Source: the human T2T-CHM13v2.0 reference genome, Homo sapiens
Assembly: GCF_009914755.1 (NCBI RefSeq)
Contig: NC_060932.1
DNA length: 64,000 bases
Reading direction: 5' to 3' (one strand)
Of this stretch, positions 13,173-26,711 are shown in pieces; the first letter of the stretch is position 1; each line of letters starts with the position of its first letter. The notes below the pieces were generated by a model. The model did not search any database, was not told where the DNA came from, and worked only from the letters and a program-made list of their open reading frames with translations. Position numbers and translations under genes: made by a program.

Positions 13173-14779
13173 TGCCTTAGTCCACTAGGGCTGCTATAAC
13201 AAAATACCATAAACCATGTAGCTTATCAGCAACAGAAATTTAACTGTCACAGTTCTGGAGGCTAAGAACTCTTAAGATCAAGGAGCCAGCAAATTTGATG
13301 TCGAGTGAGGGTCTGTTTCTGATTCCGAGATGGCATCTTCTGTGTCCTCACAAAGTGGAAAGGACAAACAAGCTCCCTGAGACCATTTAAAAATACTTAT
13401 TACTTATTTTAAAATGTATAATTGACAAATAAAGATTATACATGTTTAAGGCGTACAGTGTGATGATTTGGTATACATACATATTGTATAACGCTTACCA
13501 CAATTGAATTAATGTATCCATTACCTATAAGATGAATAAATTCTTGGGTCCTATCATTACCTACTACAATTGAAATAACACATTAATTACCTATAAGATG
13601 AATAAATTCTTGAGACCTGTGTTGTACATTAGGTCCCAAGAATTTATTCATCTTATAATTAAAAGGCATACCCTTTGATCAACATTTCCTCCAACCCCTA
13701 CCCTCTGGAAACCACCATATTACTCTCTGGTTTTATGAGTTCAACTTTTTTTAGATTCCATGTATAAGTGAAATAACATACAGTATTTATCTTTCTGTAT
13801 CTGGCTTATTTCACAGAGTAATGTCCTCCAGGTTTATCCATGTTGCCAAAAATGGTAAGATTTTCTTCATTTTAATGGCTGAATGATATTCTATTTTATA
13901 TATAGGCATATATACAACACACTACACTATATTTTTAAAAAGTCCATTCATCTGTTGATAGACAGTTGGTTTGATTTCATATCTTGGCTATTGTGAATAA
14001 TGCTGTAGTAAACACGGGAGTGCCGATATCTCTTTGAGATACTGATTTCATTTCCTTTGGATATATACCCAGAAGTGGAATTGCTAGATCATATGATAGT
14101 GCTATTTTTAATTTTTTGAGGAAATTCCATACTGTTTTTCATAGTGGCTATGCCAATCTATGCTCCACCAACAGTCTGCAAGGGTTTTCTTTTCTCCACA
14201 CCTTCCATAACACTTGTTATCTCATGTCTTTTTGATACCAGCCACCCTAACAGGTGCAAGAAGATATCTCATTGTGGTTTTGATTTATATTTCTCATGAT
14301 TAGTGATGTTGAGGACCTTTTTGTATGTCTGTTGGCCATTTGTATGTCTTCTTTGAAAAAATATCTATTCATGTCCTTTGTCCATTTTTAATTGGGTTAT
14401 TTGTTCTTTTCCTGTTGAGTTACATGAATTCCTTATATATTTTGCATTTTAATCCCTTATCATATATATGCAAATATTTTCTCCCATTCTGTGGATTGCC
14501 TTTTATTTTGTGGATTGTTTTCTTTGCTATGCAAAAACTTTCTGGTTTAATGTAGTCCCACTTGTCTGTTTTTGCTTTTATTGCCTGTGCTTTTGGTGTC
14601 ATATCAAAAAAATCATTGCCAAGGCCAGTGTTAGCTTATCTTATTCATGAGGGCTCCACCCTCATGACCTAATCACCTTCCCAAAAACTTCACCTTCTAA
14701 TACCATAACCTTGGATGCTCACATTTCAGCATATTAATTTGTGGGGGCATGGGACACAAACATTCAGACCATGATAACA
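13173..14779 (-). mobile_element. MSTD/MLT1A-type MaLR LTR split by an L1 insertion
   Basis: Halves at ~13173-13385 and ~14633-14779 (gctgctataacaaaatacc ... cacaaacattcagacc). Confidence 0.8.
13390..14630 (-). mobile_element. L1M (L1MA9-like) 3' end, 5'-truncated
   Basis: 3' UTR and degenerate ORF2 C-terminus (minus ORF TPKAQAIKAKTDKWDYIK). Confidence 0.9.
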
Positions 14780-14785
14780 CCATAA

Positions 14786-15126
14786 CAGGAGTTAGCAAAC
14801 TATGGTCAGTGAGCCAAATCCAGACTGCCACCCGGTTTTGCATGGCCTATGAACTAAGAATGCTTTTTAAAATGGCTTAAATGGCTGGAAAAATAGAAGA
14901 AGTTTCTGTGGCACACAAAAGTTATATGAAATTAAATTTTGGTGTCCACACACAACTTTTTTATTGGAATCCACACACACACCCACTCACCCATTCCTTT
15001 GCATATTGTCTGTAGCTGATTTCATGCTACAAAGCTAGAGTTGAGAGGTTAAAACAAAGACTGAAAGGAACACAAGCCTAAAATACTTATTACTTAACCC
15101 TTTCTTAAAAAATGTTCTGATCCCTC
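14786..15126 (+). mobile_element. MER58B-like hAT-Charlie DNA transposon
   Basis: caggagttagcaaactatgg...agccaaatccag... aagcctaaaatacttattact...gatccct; ~340 bp. Confidence 0.8.
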
Positions 15127-15849
15127 CACCATACCTTTTTTACCTAATTTAAAAAAATTGCAAGGATAAAAGTTCACAAAATGTGTGACAGAAATTTCAT
15201 ACTGCAGAACATTATAAAGTTGGGGAATTATTGTTATTGTTATTTTTATATTGAAGTCACGTTTATGGGAGCCTTAATATCCAACAGCAGGGCTAACTTA
15301 TTCCTAAATAGTTTGAATTTACAGACATTTCATTGACCAGATGGATGCACTGTTAGTTGAAAAATGAAAGAGAAAAGGACTGCTGTTATTAATATGACTT
15401 CAGGGAAAGTTGTTTCTTTCTCTTCATCAAAAATATAGCCAAGTCGTAGCCTGGGGAATGCATCGGTAACAGCATGTATATAGGCAGGAAACTACAAATA
15501 ACAAGCCACATTGATTTAGAAAAGCTTAAGAAAACATCTGCTCTTTGGCTGATATTTGTCCAAATGTAAAATCCTAGCTTAAAATGCAGTGAAAGCCAAG
15601 TTGCTGAACAAATATTCATGTAACATCTACTAGTATAGAGTAATGAGCTGTGGAAAGAACTATGCAACTGTCAGGTCTTATCTTAGGCAACCCTCCTTTC
15701 CTTGGGCCACATCTTGACCTTCCTACACCCCTACTCATGAATAATATGCAGACCTGCACTTCAGGCAAAAGCCCAGTTCTGGACCTGACCTTTCTTGGTT
15801 TCTACTCCATCATGTTGGTTTAGTTGGACGATAGATCGTAGTGGTGGAT

Positions 15850-16390
15850 AAATCTCAAAAGTTAGGTTGAATTCATTTGTAAAGTTACTTGAGTGGCAGG
15901 ATAAAATGTTGGCACTTAATTCCAAAAACAGTGAGCTGTTTTAAAGTTTTATAGCTGGGGGTGGACACGAAGATTGGGGCGTGTTTTGGGATGATTAGTT
16001 TGGTAGCTGTGAGTAGGATGGATTAGAGTGGGTGAAGACAGAGATCAATGGGGTCGTTTTCCCAGTAGGCTAAGGGAAAAGTAATGAGGTTCTGAGCTAG
16101 TGTGGAGGCAGAGGGGGTGAGAAGGAGGGAACAGATACGAGAGTTAGAACAGAAGCAACTGACTGGATGTGGGAGTTGAAGAACAAGGATAGTTTTGAGC
16201 TCAAGATGCCATTAATGGAAGCAGGGAAGTTAAGGGGAGGAGCTGGTTTGGGATGGAGATAATGAGTTTGGAGTGAAAGTGTCAGCAGGACATGCAGGCT
16301 GAGCAGTGAAAATAGAGAATGGAGATGCTTTTTTATTTTTATTATTTATTTTTATTTATAGAGCTCAGGAGATAGTGGTAGAATATGGAA
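15850..16390 (-). mobile_element. L2 fragment
   Basis: Purine-rich L2 antisense motifs (ggatggattagagtgggtg, gactggatgtgggagt, ggagataatgagtttgg). Confidence 0.6.
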
Positions 16391-16449
16391 GAGGAGAAGC
16401 AGTTGTACTCTGACACAGAATAGGGGTCTGCACAGAGTTCAGATGCCAA

Positions 16450-16469
16450 AAGCAAGCAAGCAAGCAAGC
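16450..16469. repeat. (AAGC)n microsatellite
   Basis: Five AAGC units. Confidence 0.8.
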
Positions 16470-18397
16470 GGGTGGGAGCATCTATATAGCCAGAGAAAGA
16501 TTTCAGAGTTTCATCTTAAGAACTCTGATGAACAAGGGGAAGAACAAGTGAGTGGTATTGGTGCTGGTCAGAATGAGAAATAAAGGAGGAGAGGACGGCA
16601 TGAGAGTGGCAGTAAAAACCCCACTGCCAGACAAGATAGCTCAGCAAAGGGAGGTGCATAGCCAAATATAGATGCAGGAAACAAAGCCAATTTGTAGTAA
16701 ATATTGCAATAAAAATTTTATTACCTGCTAGCTTATCAGTGTTCCAGAGAGAAGTAAATAATGTTCTCCCAATGTGCTCTATAAAGATTCTTCCTTCCAT
16801 TTCCCTACTCCAGAGACAATTTGGCTTTTCTTAAATCTGATTAGACTTAAATCCCCTGTTGATTCATTTATGTCTTTGTTTTATCACATATGTTTTCTAG
16901 CTGCCAAAAACTGGGGAAGGAAATTTTCTAAAGGAAAATATTCTCTTTCTTCTTGAAACCACCAGGTGGTTTATAGCAGGTTTCATTTTCCCCAGGTAAC
17001 TTTGCCTCTCATCACTTTGTTTATTTATTTATTTTTAGTTCAAAATGTATTTTGGAGATAAAAATATTTCAATGAATTTTGTGGACATATTTCTCTATGC
17101 TTGTCTTCTGTTTTTTTTTCTTTCTCTACGTTTGAGCAATAATTGGGGTTTCTGAGTCTGTAAAGAATTAGAAGACTTCTTTAGTATTGCTACTTACCAT
17201 AGTTTTATTCAGCAAGCCTGCTCATTTGCTTGGACAGAAAACGAGTATTGTTTTGTTCTCAATAGATGGAAGAGTATAAATTGATGAGCTTTCTGGCTAA
17301 TACAGCAGATCATGTTTTCCATAATTGAAGTCCTTTTTCAGTGATTCTCACTATGACTCTAGTTTGGGTTTTCAGTGATAAAATTCCAAACAGCAAAACC
17401 TAAGATCATCTACCTATCCATCACCCATTTGCATGCATTTGGTGTATTAGGATGCACACACACATACACAGTGCATGTGCACATACGTGCATGCATACAC
17501 CACTGGAAAAATATGTGCAAACCCAGCCAGATAGGCTTTCTCATAGCATTCCTATAACTGATACATAGTGCCTTAGAGAAAATTCACATGCCAAGGTTTT
17601 TGCTTATCTTTACCTTGAAAATGAGTCCTATAAATATGAACATGTGAAATAAAGATCATCTCAGAAGAAGCAATCAAGAAGTTCATAAAATGTATCCTAG
17701 GCTGTTTCCATTTAAACATGGAAATATTTTTTCCATCTTTAAATAATACCAAAATATTAAAAATGCTGTTTGGACAATGACCTTCTTCTAGTTTGTAATG
17801 TCCAGCACAATCCTTTATTACTTATAAGCCAAATCTGGGCTGCTCAAGCTGTGGGCTGCACTGGGGCATGAAAAGGCTTGGCAGACCTGAGTGTGTTTTC
17901 AGCTATCAGCTTTGTCTGTGATCCGGAAAGCAGTATCAGCAAATGGCATTTTACTTATGGAGTCCCTGAGAGTCATCTTAGCAGGGCTGAGCAGGAAATC
18001 ATGTGAGATAGCCAAGTAAGAGGGACAAGAAGAGAACCAAATGAGGGACAAAGTCTGCAAGTGGACCAGAAAGAACAGCTGAATATCACAGAGAGGAATA
18101 GGGCAGGTTACTGTGGCAGGGTGTTATGTTATTGAGAACAGGACCAACTTCTTTTCTGGCCTTGCCCCCATCTCCCTTCATGCTTTTCCCCACATGTTTG
18201 AAACCATTGAGATGTGCCCTAGAAATTGCAGTTATAAAGCAGGGGATAGACTTGGAAGAAGTGGACTTTCCACACAGGATCCAGGGAGGTAGATGTTGAG
18301 ACTAAGCCACTGGGTCTGGTTTAATAAACTTAGGGACAGAGGCAGTCTTAGTCCAATGCAGAGTGTGGAGTTAGCAGACGGTGTCAAGAATGGCATG

Positions 18398-18801
18398 TGT
18401 GTTAGTTAGGTTGTTCTTGTATTACTATAGAGAAATGTCTGAGACTCGGTAATTTATGAAGAAAAGAAGTTTAATTTGCTCATGGTTCTGCAGGCTGTCC
18501 ATGCGTGGCAAAAGCATCTGCTCAGCTTCTGGGGAGGCCTCAAGGAACTTTTACTTATGGTGGAAGGTGAAGCAGCAGCAGGCACATCACATGGCAAAAG
18601 TGGAGCAAGACAGAGAGCGGGGAAGGTGTTTTTTAAACGATCAGATCTCACATGAACTCACTCATCACCAAGGCAAGGGCGCTAAGCCATTCATGAGAGA
18701 TACACCCCTGATCCAAACACCTCTCACCAGGCCCCACCTCAAATATTGGGGATTACAATTCAACATGAGATTTGTAGGAGACACATATCCAAACCACATT
18801 A
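18398..18801 (-). mobile_element. MSTA/MSTB MaLR solo LTR
   Basis: tgtgttagt...ctcatggttctgcaggctgt...gctaagccattcatgag...atatccaaacc. Confidence 0.88.
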
Positions 18802-20115
18802 CGTGGGAAGGAGGAGTCTGCATTCAGAGTGGCACATAAGTGTGGCCATAGGGCTGGGGTCAGAAGTAGGAAACTATAGAGGGAGGTGAAGCAGCATGCC
18901 TGTGACCTTCAGAGTCTGGTTAGACCCCAGGAGTGGCTGGATGATTCTGTCTTCCTCTCTCTTACTGCAGGGCCGAGTCTCTTTGATGGCTGTGATCTCA
19001 TTTCGGGCTTTACCCATAGTTTTCGTCCACAGTGGTCTTGTGAGAGGGAGTTTAAAGCCCCTTTGGCAGAAATCATTTTTTCCTGATTGGAATCCTCACT
19101 TAAAACAGATCGCCTCCATTTATACGGTGCAGGACCTTTTGTATGTAACACCATGAGAGGGCTTCAGGCAACAGCTGCTGATGACATAATGCTTAATGAC
19201 TTCGAGTCCAACAATGCGAGTTCATGGGAAGTATTTAGAGACCACACAAGCCAGAATGTAATCAGCGGCTAGGGCTTCCCATCAACAGACAAATCCATAA
19301 ATATTTATTCTTGGCAGAATTGCTTTGGATGGCTGCTCACCTTCTTTCCAAAACACTTCCTTTTCTCAGCTCATTTAATTATATTAGCAAGAAAGTCTCT
19401 CTTGTTTTTTTCTTTAGCAGTTGCTAAATCTCTCTTTTATCGGGGAAATTATGGTCCAGGCAGAGCAGGATTTTGCGTGGGTCAGCCAGAGGGCTCCCCT
19501 CTGGTGTCCACTTATTTAGGGATGTGAAAACACCACAGGAATAAATCAGAAATGTCCTAAGTGCCTCTCTTATTCAGGACTCCACATGTGACTTCTAATA
19601 AAGCAAGCAAAATATAAATCAGGCCATTTTTTTTCCCCAAAGCAGACAACAATTTCAAATGCAAAGCAAAAGGCATCTTTGATAGCACTGACCATTCTTT
19701 GATGCAACATACACATGCAAATTGGAAAATATATTGGAAATATTATAACCTAGGTTTTTAGTCCACTTCCTCCTATGTCCTGTTCCCTGGCAACCGTCAA
19801 TATAGAATCAGAAAAAGTGGGACAGAAAATTCTACCTTGAGAAGGAGAAGCACACAATATAGAGAAAGTTCTGGTTTAAAAGGAAGAAGTAGAAAAATCT
19901 TAACTCTTTTGCTTCTCAGTTGACTGTCAAAAGGAGAACAGAATGAGAGTAAGGGAAAATAGGAGTTGAGACACATTTGACATGTGATTTTTCTCTTCTA
20001 GGTAGAAAGTCTAATACCAGAGAGGTATTAGATGAAGTGAGGGAAGCCCTAAAGGAAGCGGCTGTTTTGTCTTACTTTTCTATTAAGAGATCCGAGAAAG
20101 GACCACCTTTCATGA

Positions 20116-20460
<345 letters not shown>

Positions 20461-20559
20461 TAAAATCCTTGATGTAGAGTGTTTATTCAAGAAGACTCAA
20501 TCTCTATAAGGGTGAAAGCTATCAAGACATTCTCACATGTTCTTCAGGGACATGTGGGA

Positions 20560-21176
20560 AGTAGCTGATGGTGCTTGTTGGTTAATTTACCAGGAGGATG
20601 TCTCAGGGATGTGAAGTGATCATATAGCTGATGATAATTGAGCACACAATTCTGCCTAGGGATCAACAAGATATTACAGCGAGATCTCAGAGTAGACACA
20701 ACACCAGCAATTGCTGAAGAGGGGCAAGTTCAATAGGAGTGATCACAGGTTACTGATCAAAGTAAGAGAACCTGTCACAGATTTTATCATTTGATGGCAG
20801 GGGGATGACTCACCATCGGACAGCCGAAGAGCATTATCTCAGTGATCAGGGGACCCAGAGGAGAACACAAGGACCTATGTGTGGGAAAATAAATGAGACT
20901 TTCTCTGCGCCAGGAGGCTATGTAAGCCCTCCTTCCCCAGCCCCTCCTCACCCAGCCCCATCTGGGAGAGGAGGAAGAGGAGGGGAGAGAAATATGTGAG
21001 GGCGGGAAATTTATCTGAACAGGAGTGGATCATTGCAATGGCACTGTTCGATTTATTGAGTTGGACTAAGTTTAATAGATAAAATCGATTGAAGCGTTCC
21101 CTCTACTATCCAATAAAGTAAAGACTTGTGAGGAAGATCAGATTCATTCTGGGAAATAAACTCAATGTCTTTACAC
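20560..21176 (+). mobile_element. Possible very old LTR (LTR78/79-like)
   Basis: gagttggactaagtttaa motif, AATAAA and terminal ttaca; weak recognition. Confidence 0.25.
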
Positions 21177-22599
21177 ATTAAAATGTGTGTTTAACTTTGA
21201 CCTCACTGTGTTAATCATGTTTTATGTTTTACTTTTATATTTTATTTTATTATATGCATTTTAAATACTTTAGTGTGTCTCCCAGAAAGTTATCTGGGTC
21301 AGAAAGATTGCAACAGAAAACTGGAGACCATAAACTATGGAAAAGTGAGAAAGACGACCTGAACATTAAATCTGGAAACAAAATTTAAAGCCTTATAAAT
21401 ATATGAGTATATAACTTTTCTCTATGCTTAGTGAGATTGGGTGTCTAACATTTGTGAGTTGTTTTGCTGATAGAAAAATTGGTGAAATGAGTTTAAAAAT
21501 TACATAATAAATTCCTTATTTAGAACCTAAAGAAGGAAGGATATTATTTATATTAATAGAAAACTTTTTCCCCTTATTTATCAAAGAAATGAATGAATAT
21601 GAAATTGTAGCCTGCTGGTGTCCCTACATACCTTAGTAAATCCCTGGCCTAAGAGTCAGCATTTTCCCTAGGCAGCAGCAGTAGGAGCATATAGCCAGTG
21701 CAGTCAAATTGCTCTGGCCTGGTCACCTGTTGTATCATCTGCTCTTCCCTAACCCTAATTCTTTGGAACTATCTCCGCTCATGGTGACTTTACACGGTCT
21801 CTGTGGGAGCAGCCATTTTGTTTTTTGTGTCCCACTCTCTTGGTCACAGGATAACTTGAACTGGACAAATGATGCAAGCTGGGGCAATTGGTTGCTTCTC
21901 CAGGAATTCTCAATCCAGGAGGAAAAAGAGAGAGCTCAGTCTTGTCTGTATAGTTAATACAGGCCTTGAAAAGTAAGTGAGTAGATGCGTCTAAGTCTAC
22001 ATGCAGGATCAGATGTAGAGTTTTCAGAAGATGTCCTGTGGAAGTTGGTGCCTTCCATTATGTGACTAGGGCTGGTGGAGCCTGGGCTGGCTGCCCCTTA
22101 GCAAAACTGAGAAAACTGGGAAATTTGCCACAGATGGATCCCATGGCCCCATTCTGTATTATTCCTTCCCTCAGCACTTCAATTGGCCTCTCATGTGTTG
22201 GTGGAACACACAGGAAGGTTTTTTCTTGGCGATAAGGAGACCATCATCTTTCTATCACTTGCTGACCCATGGGATGTCAAACTGTCAACTTCCAATGGGG
22301 AAAAACAACAATGTGAAAGAAGAGACCCCAGTCAAACAAAGACTGGGCAGTGAATGCAAGTAGGCAAGCGCCTTCTTTCCACTGTCCTGTTGCTTTATTG
22401 GTCCTGGGCAGCAAGCAAGCTGGCTCAAGCTCTGTTGTTTTGTGTTCAGTCCAAGGAGGCTCTCACTCTACCTATTGCTTGTACATCTGCTGTCCTTTCT
22501 TCCTAGTAACTTGTTCAGAGATTTTAAATTAGAGAGAAAGAAGTGGTGGAAACAGCTTCTTTCTTGGAGTCAGGGCCCTGGTGATCCAGGTGCTGCTTG

Positions 22600-23550
22600 C
22601 CTGCTGTTATAGACACCTGTTGTTTATACCACCCAACCTCTTCTAGTAACAGAAAAGTGATTTTTTTTTCTCCTGAGGAATCATCCTGACCTCACACTCA
22701 CTTCAACTGTTTCAGGTGGAGTTTACTCCTACTGGCTTTGGTGAGACTGTGACACAGATTGGGTGAATCAGAACATTATGATCTCCTGGATGTTGTGATT
22801 GGTTGAAGACTGGTGACATGACTCAATCAGTGTTAGGGAGATCCAATCATCTCATAGTGCTAGGACTCCTGGAAAAGATGTGTACTTTTTTTTTTCCTTC
22901 TCTGGGACTTTTGGCAATAAAGGATAGGTTGGCCTAGATTTCCAGGCATCATCTCCTGAAGCCTGAAAGTGAAGTTAATAATTTGGAAAGACAAAACTGA
23001 GAAATAAAGAGAAACCCAGCCTTGATGACATGTTCTGAGCTTCTACATCCTGTTATGCCTGGAAGCCTCCTGTATTAGTCTGTTCTCACACTGCTATTAA
23101 AGACATGCCTGAGACTGGGTAGTTTATAAAGGAAAGAGGTTTAATTGACTTACAGTTCAGCATGGCTGGGGAGGTCTCAAGAAACTTACAATCATGGTGG
23201 AAGGGGAAGCAAATACGTCCTTCTTCACATGGCAGCAGCAAGAAATCTGAGTAAAGGGGGAAAAACCCCTTATAAAACCATCGAATCTCTTGAGAACGCT
23301 CACTATCACAAGAACAGCATTAGGGTAACCAGCCCCATGATTCAATTACCTCCCACCAGGTCCCTCTCACCACACGTAGGGATTATGAGAACAGCAATTC
23401 AAGGTGAGATTTGGGTGGGGACACAGAGCCAAACCATAACATTGACTCTACTGGATTTTAGTCATATAAATCAATAGGTGTTTTTCATGCTTGAGCCACT
23501 TGGAGGGCTGTTCTTTTTCGTTTTTTTTTTTAATCTCTGAAAGATTTCTT
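22600..23550 (+). mobile_element. Old MLT1 (K/L-like) LTR hosting the THE1 insertion
   Basis: gtgattggttgaagactggtgacatgactcaatcag, gatgacatgttctgagc...atgcctggaagc; resumes after THE1. Confidence 0.5.
23071..23441 (-). mobile_element. THE1 (C/D-like) MaLR solo LTR
   Basis: tgtattagtctgttctcac ... gggtggggacacagagccaaaccataaca; 371 bp. Confidence 0.92.
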
Positions 23551-24725
23551 ACTGCCATATCACCATTATTCTGTGATTTTGTTTCAATCTCTGTGGCCAG
23601 GAGAATGTGATTCTCTAATCGACCAAGTCAGGTTTTGTGACTTCTATGGGCCCTTCTAATTCAACTCTTCAAAGTTTGTAAACAGATTGACTTTCAAGTT
23701 TAACGAGAATCCATCTTGAAAACACAAGGTTAGTCCATACAATCTAAAGTGGCTACAGAATCTGGAGGACTCACATTTATTTAACATCTTGCAAATGCAG
23801 ATGTCTGTGAATGAGATCATATTCTGATGAAGCTGTTCAGTTTTTTGTTGATACTTAGGAAATACGGAGTAATCATTTTTAACTTTTAGGGACTATAAAT
23901 TCAGTGTACTAATATTAATAACTATCTCCTGTTCCTCCTTTCTTCTATAACCTACAATAAGAAAAAAAGGCACAATGTTCTAGTCATACTAAATGTCCTT
24001 TTCAAAAATAACATTTTACTGGGAAATGGGGGGCTCCTAAATTGACGGCAATTTAAGCTGCAAAATTTCACCAGATAATGGAGTATTCTAAATTGACTAT
24101 GGTGGTGCAGGGCAGCAAACTGTGTAAAAACTTACCTACAGTTTCCAAGAAGATCAGAAATATCTTGGACCTTGAAAGACTTTGAACAGATTCATTTTTT
24201 ATATAAGAAGTAAAAAATGTTGAAAGTCATGCCTAATGAAAATCAATCTTTTTGTTCTATTATGCATTGATGAAAGAAGTTTCATGATCATTAGAGTGAT
24301 TGAAGTCTGAATTCTTTTTAATGAATATTACATTCCTACCCATTAAGAGGAGGCACTGCAGCAAGCCAGACTCGAACCCAGTTTTCACTCCCTGTAGTGT
24401 TTCCATCAGGGGTTCTGGGAGCCAACTCCTCTGAGCCTGCCTGCTGTAGAAGAAGGGTGCTTCACTAGTAAAATGTAATGTCAGGCAAAATAAAAGCAAG
24501 AAACAGCTTTAGGTTCAGATAGACATGCTAAAAGTGAACAAATGGGGCAAATTTTCTAAAACAAGGATGATTATGACTTTAATTAATTGGCAGAAGAGTC
24601 ACACTGGCACGGTGTGCTCTGCCATCTCATCTGCTCCACATGCATCATTTTTGCACGTAATTATCATCACCATCCTCTCAACTGCTTCTCTCCACATGTG
24701 TTGCCCATCTCAGTGAGCATCACCA

Positions 24726-25041
24726 CTTTATTTTTATTTTTTTGTTTTGTTTTGTTTTTGAGACAGTGTCTCACTCTGTCACCCAGGCTGGAGTGCAGTG
24801 GTGTGATCTCGGCTCACTGAAACATCTGCCTCCTGAGTTCAAGCGATTCTCCTGCCTCAGCTGCCCAGGTAGTTGGGATTACAGGTGCCCTCCATCATGC
24901 TCGGCTAATTTCTGTATTTTTAGTAGAGACGGGGTTTCACTATGCTGGCCAGGCTGGTCTCGAACTCCTGACCTCAAGTGATCCGCTCAACTTGGCCTCT
25001 GAAAGTGCTGGGATTACAGGCGCGAGCCACTACATGTGGCA
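24726..25041 (-). mobile_element. AluS (Sx/Sz-like)
   Basis: Full dimer; TSD accacttt. Confidence 0.94.
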
Positions 25042-26308
25042 ACCACTTTTTTACCAACTGCTGAAGCCAACAGCCTGGTCCTTGCTATTGGTTCCACCTC
25101 TCTCTCACCTTTAACTGTCAACTCTCACTCTATCTCCAAGATTCACCCAAAATTCCTCCAAAATGTATCTTGAATTTCGCCTTTATTTGCCATTTTGCTA
25201 CTTCCCTGGCTCAGGGAATTAGCCATAGATGACTTTTATAGTTTTGTATACTCTTTGAGTAATTTTTTACTTTTACAATTTTATTAGAGAGCAATGCAAA
25301 CTCATTATTAAAAAAACAAGAAAGTAAACACAAAATGATAAAGAATAGCTATAATCCCATCTACATTTCAGTTGCTTATTAAAAAGGAATTAGAAATGAG
25401 AGGATAAAAAAGAAAACAAAACTGCTTAAAGTTACATCAGGTTTTGGAAAAGTATATCGTGGTGTTCCAAAATTTAAAATATTGGGGATATTTGTTTTCA
25501 ACCAAAGAGTTATTTCAGTAATTATCAAGGATCACCTTACAGAGCACTTAGCATATTTCAAGTACTTAGTATTTTGTTCAGCTGAAACTCAAATGATGAG
25601 TTTTATATTATAATTGAAAGTGACTGTATTATGGGAAAGAATATATCTATGGATCCTCAGGGGTCAGTGGCCCCCAATTTAGAGAGTTAGTGACTACTTC
25701 CAACATTTGTGGGGTTCCAGAGAAGAGTACAATGGAGGTCTGGATAATACATGTCTAAGTATTTTGAAGTTTTGAATCAAGTTAACAAACTTAAATACAT
25801 TTTATTATCTTCATCTCTTGGCAAATCTACCTCTATCATGAAGGCTGGGTTTGAATTTAGCGTTCTTGAATTTTCAGACTTCTGTTCTAGAATATGATGG
25901 TGTTGGTAAAACCCACAAGTCCTTGCATTGTCTCCCCACAGTAGCAGTGTCCTGTGCATTGCGGCACCTTGTTTACCCAGGGGTGGGCGGGCACACTGGC
26001 AGTGCAGTCTGCCTATGGGAAGATGGCCCAAACAAGGCCACACACACGCTGGAAGTAGGTTTGATCATTAGTTTTGGTGTGGTTTGCACATATAATTTGA
26101 CTTTATTAATTACCTTTTCCTCTCATAAACACACACAGCTTGATTTTTATCAATTTATATGTGACTCTTTCACATTCAAACTCAAATGACTTCATTTTCC
26201 TGGAAGGAATTTTGATGATCTATAGTTTCCTACATTTCTATTGTAGGATGAAACTGAAATCAATCAGTGATTCAGAGACATGTCCAGTGCCTCTTATGGA
26301 GTCCATAT

Positions 26309-26711
26309 CTGTTAATGATTGCTGAGAAACAAAACAGCACCAAAATCTAATGAATCAAATAATGACAGATTTTTTTTTCTCTCATGATTCTGTGGGTTGG
26401 CTGTGAGATTCCACTGCTGGTTTTGCCTGAGCTTGCACATGGGGCTGCATTCAGCGGGAGGGTGGACTGGGCTGGAAGGTCTGATATGGCTCATTTCCAT
26501 GCTTGGCCGTTGGTGCTGACCACCCACAAAGACACTGGTTCTCCTAAAGTACCTCAGACGCTCCAGCAGGCTAGACAAGCTTCCTTACTTGGCTGGTCAG
26601 GGCAGCATTTCAATAGCACAAAAGCAGAAGCTGCAACATCTCCAGAAACCCAGACTCTGAAATTCCCATGACATCACTTCTGTCACATTCTATTTATTGG
26701 TTAAAGCAAGA
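26309..26711 (-). mobile_element. MLT1 (H/I-like) LTR fragment
   Basis: tctcatgattctgtgggttggct...catcacttctgtcacattctatttattgg. Confidence 0.65.

Noticed and set aside
14325-14650. ORFs overlapping L1 ORF2
   Set aside because: Fragments of a dead, truncated L1; annotated as repeat
25630-26050. Possible hAT-Tip100 (MER115-like) remnant
   Set aside because: Too degenerate to assign family or boundaries without a search
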